Assembly: GCA_013265495.1 (NCBI GenBank)
Contig: MU062317.1
Span: forward strand, 434,001-498,000
Origin: Vicugna vicugna
Taxonomy: Eukaryota
Length of the DNA: 64,000 nucleotides
Direction of reading: 5' to 3'
The notes beneath the pieces were generated by a model that did not search any database, was not told where the DNA came from, and worked only from the letters and a program-made list of their open reading frames with translations. Shown here in pieces: positions 57,800 through 64,000 of the stretch. A program made the translations under genes and the position numbers. Each line of letters opens with the position of its first letter. Position 1 is the first letter of the stretch.

Positions 57800-64000
<6,201 letters not shown>

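Overview
GC-rich mammalian genomic DNA, syntenic with human 1p36.32. tRNA-derived SINEs resembling the camelid Vic-1 family suggest alpaca, llama or camel. Four protein-coding genes were built by hand from splice sites and recalled orthologue sequences. C1orf174 (+) has its last three coding exons here (<1-1892). DFFB/CAD (-) is complete: 7 exons, 341 aa, 19456-5934. CEP104 (+) is complete: a non-coding exon 1 plus 21 coding exons, 23464-51602, 925 or 930 aa depending on the exon-15 donor. LRRC47 (+) has its first three exons here (58208->63985). DFFB and CEP104 are head-to-head on a shared CpG-island promoter. The rest is introns, SINE/MIR/L1/L2/MLT1/MER5/ERV-LTR remnants and one 239-N gap. 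I found no clearly novel gene system. The best leads are (i) a 48-bp VNTR that duplicates the DFFB exon-1 splice donor in frame, (ii) a duplicated ZNF143+NRF1 module in the bidirectional promoter, (iii) a shifted or GC donor at CEP104 exon 15, (iv) an orphan ETS/CpG-island element between CEP104 and LRRC47, and (v) a solo ERV LTR with an R-region hairpin upstream of LRRC47. Comparisons to human and repeat-family assignments are from memory, not database searches.
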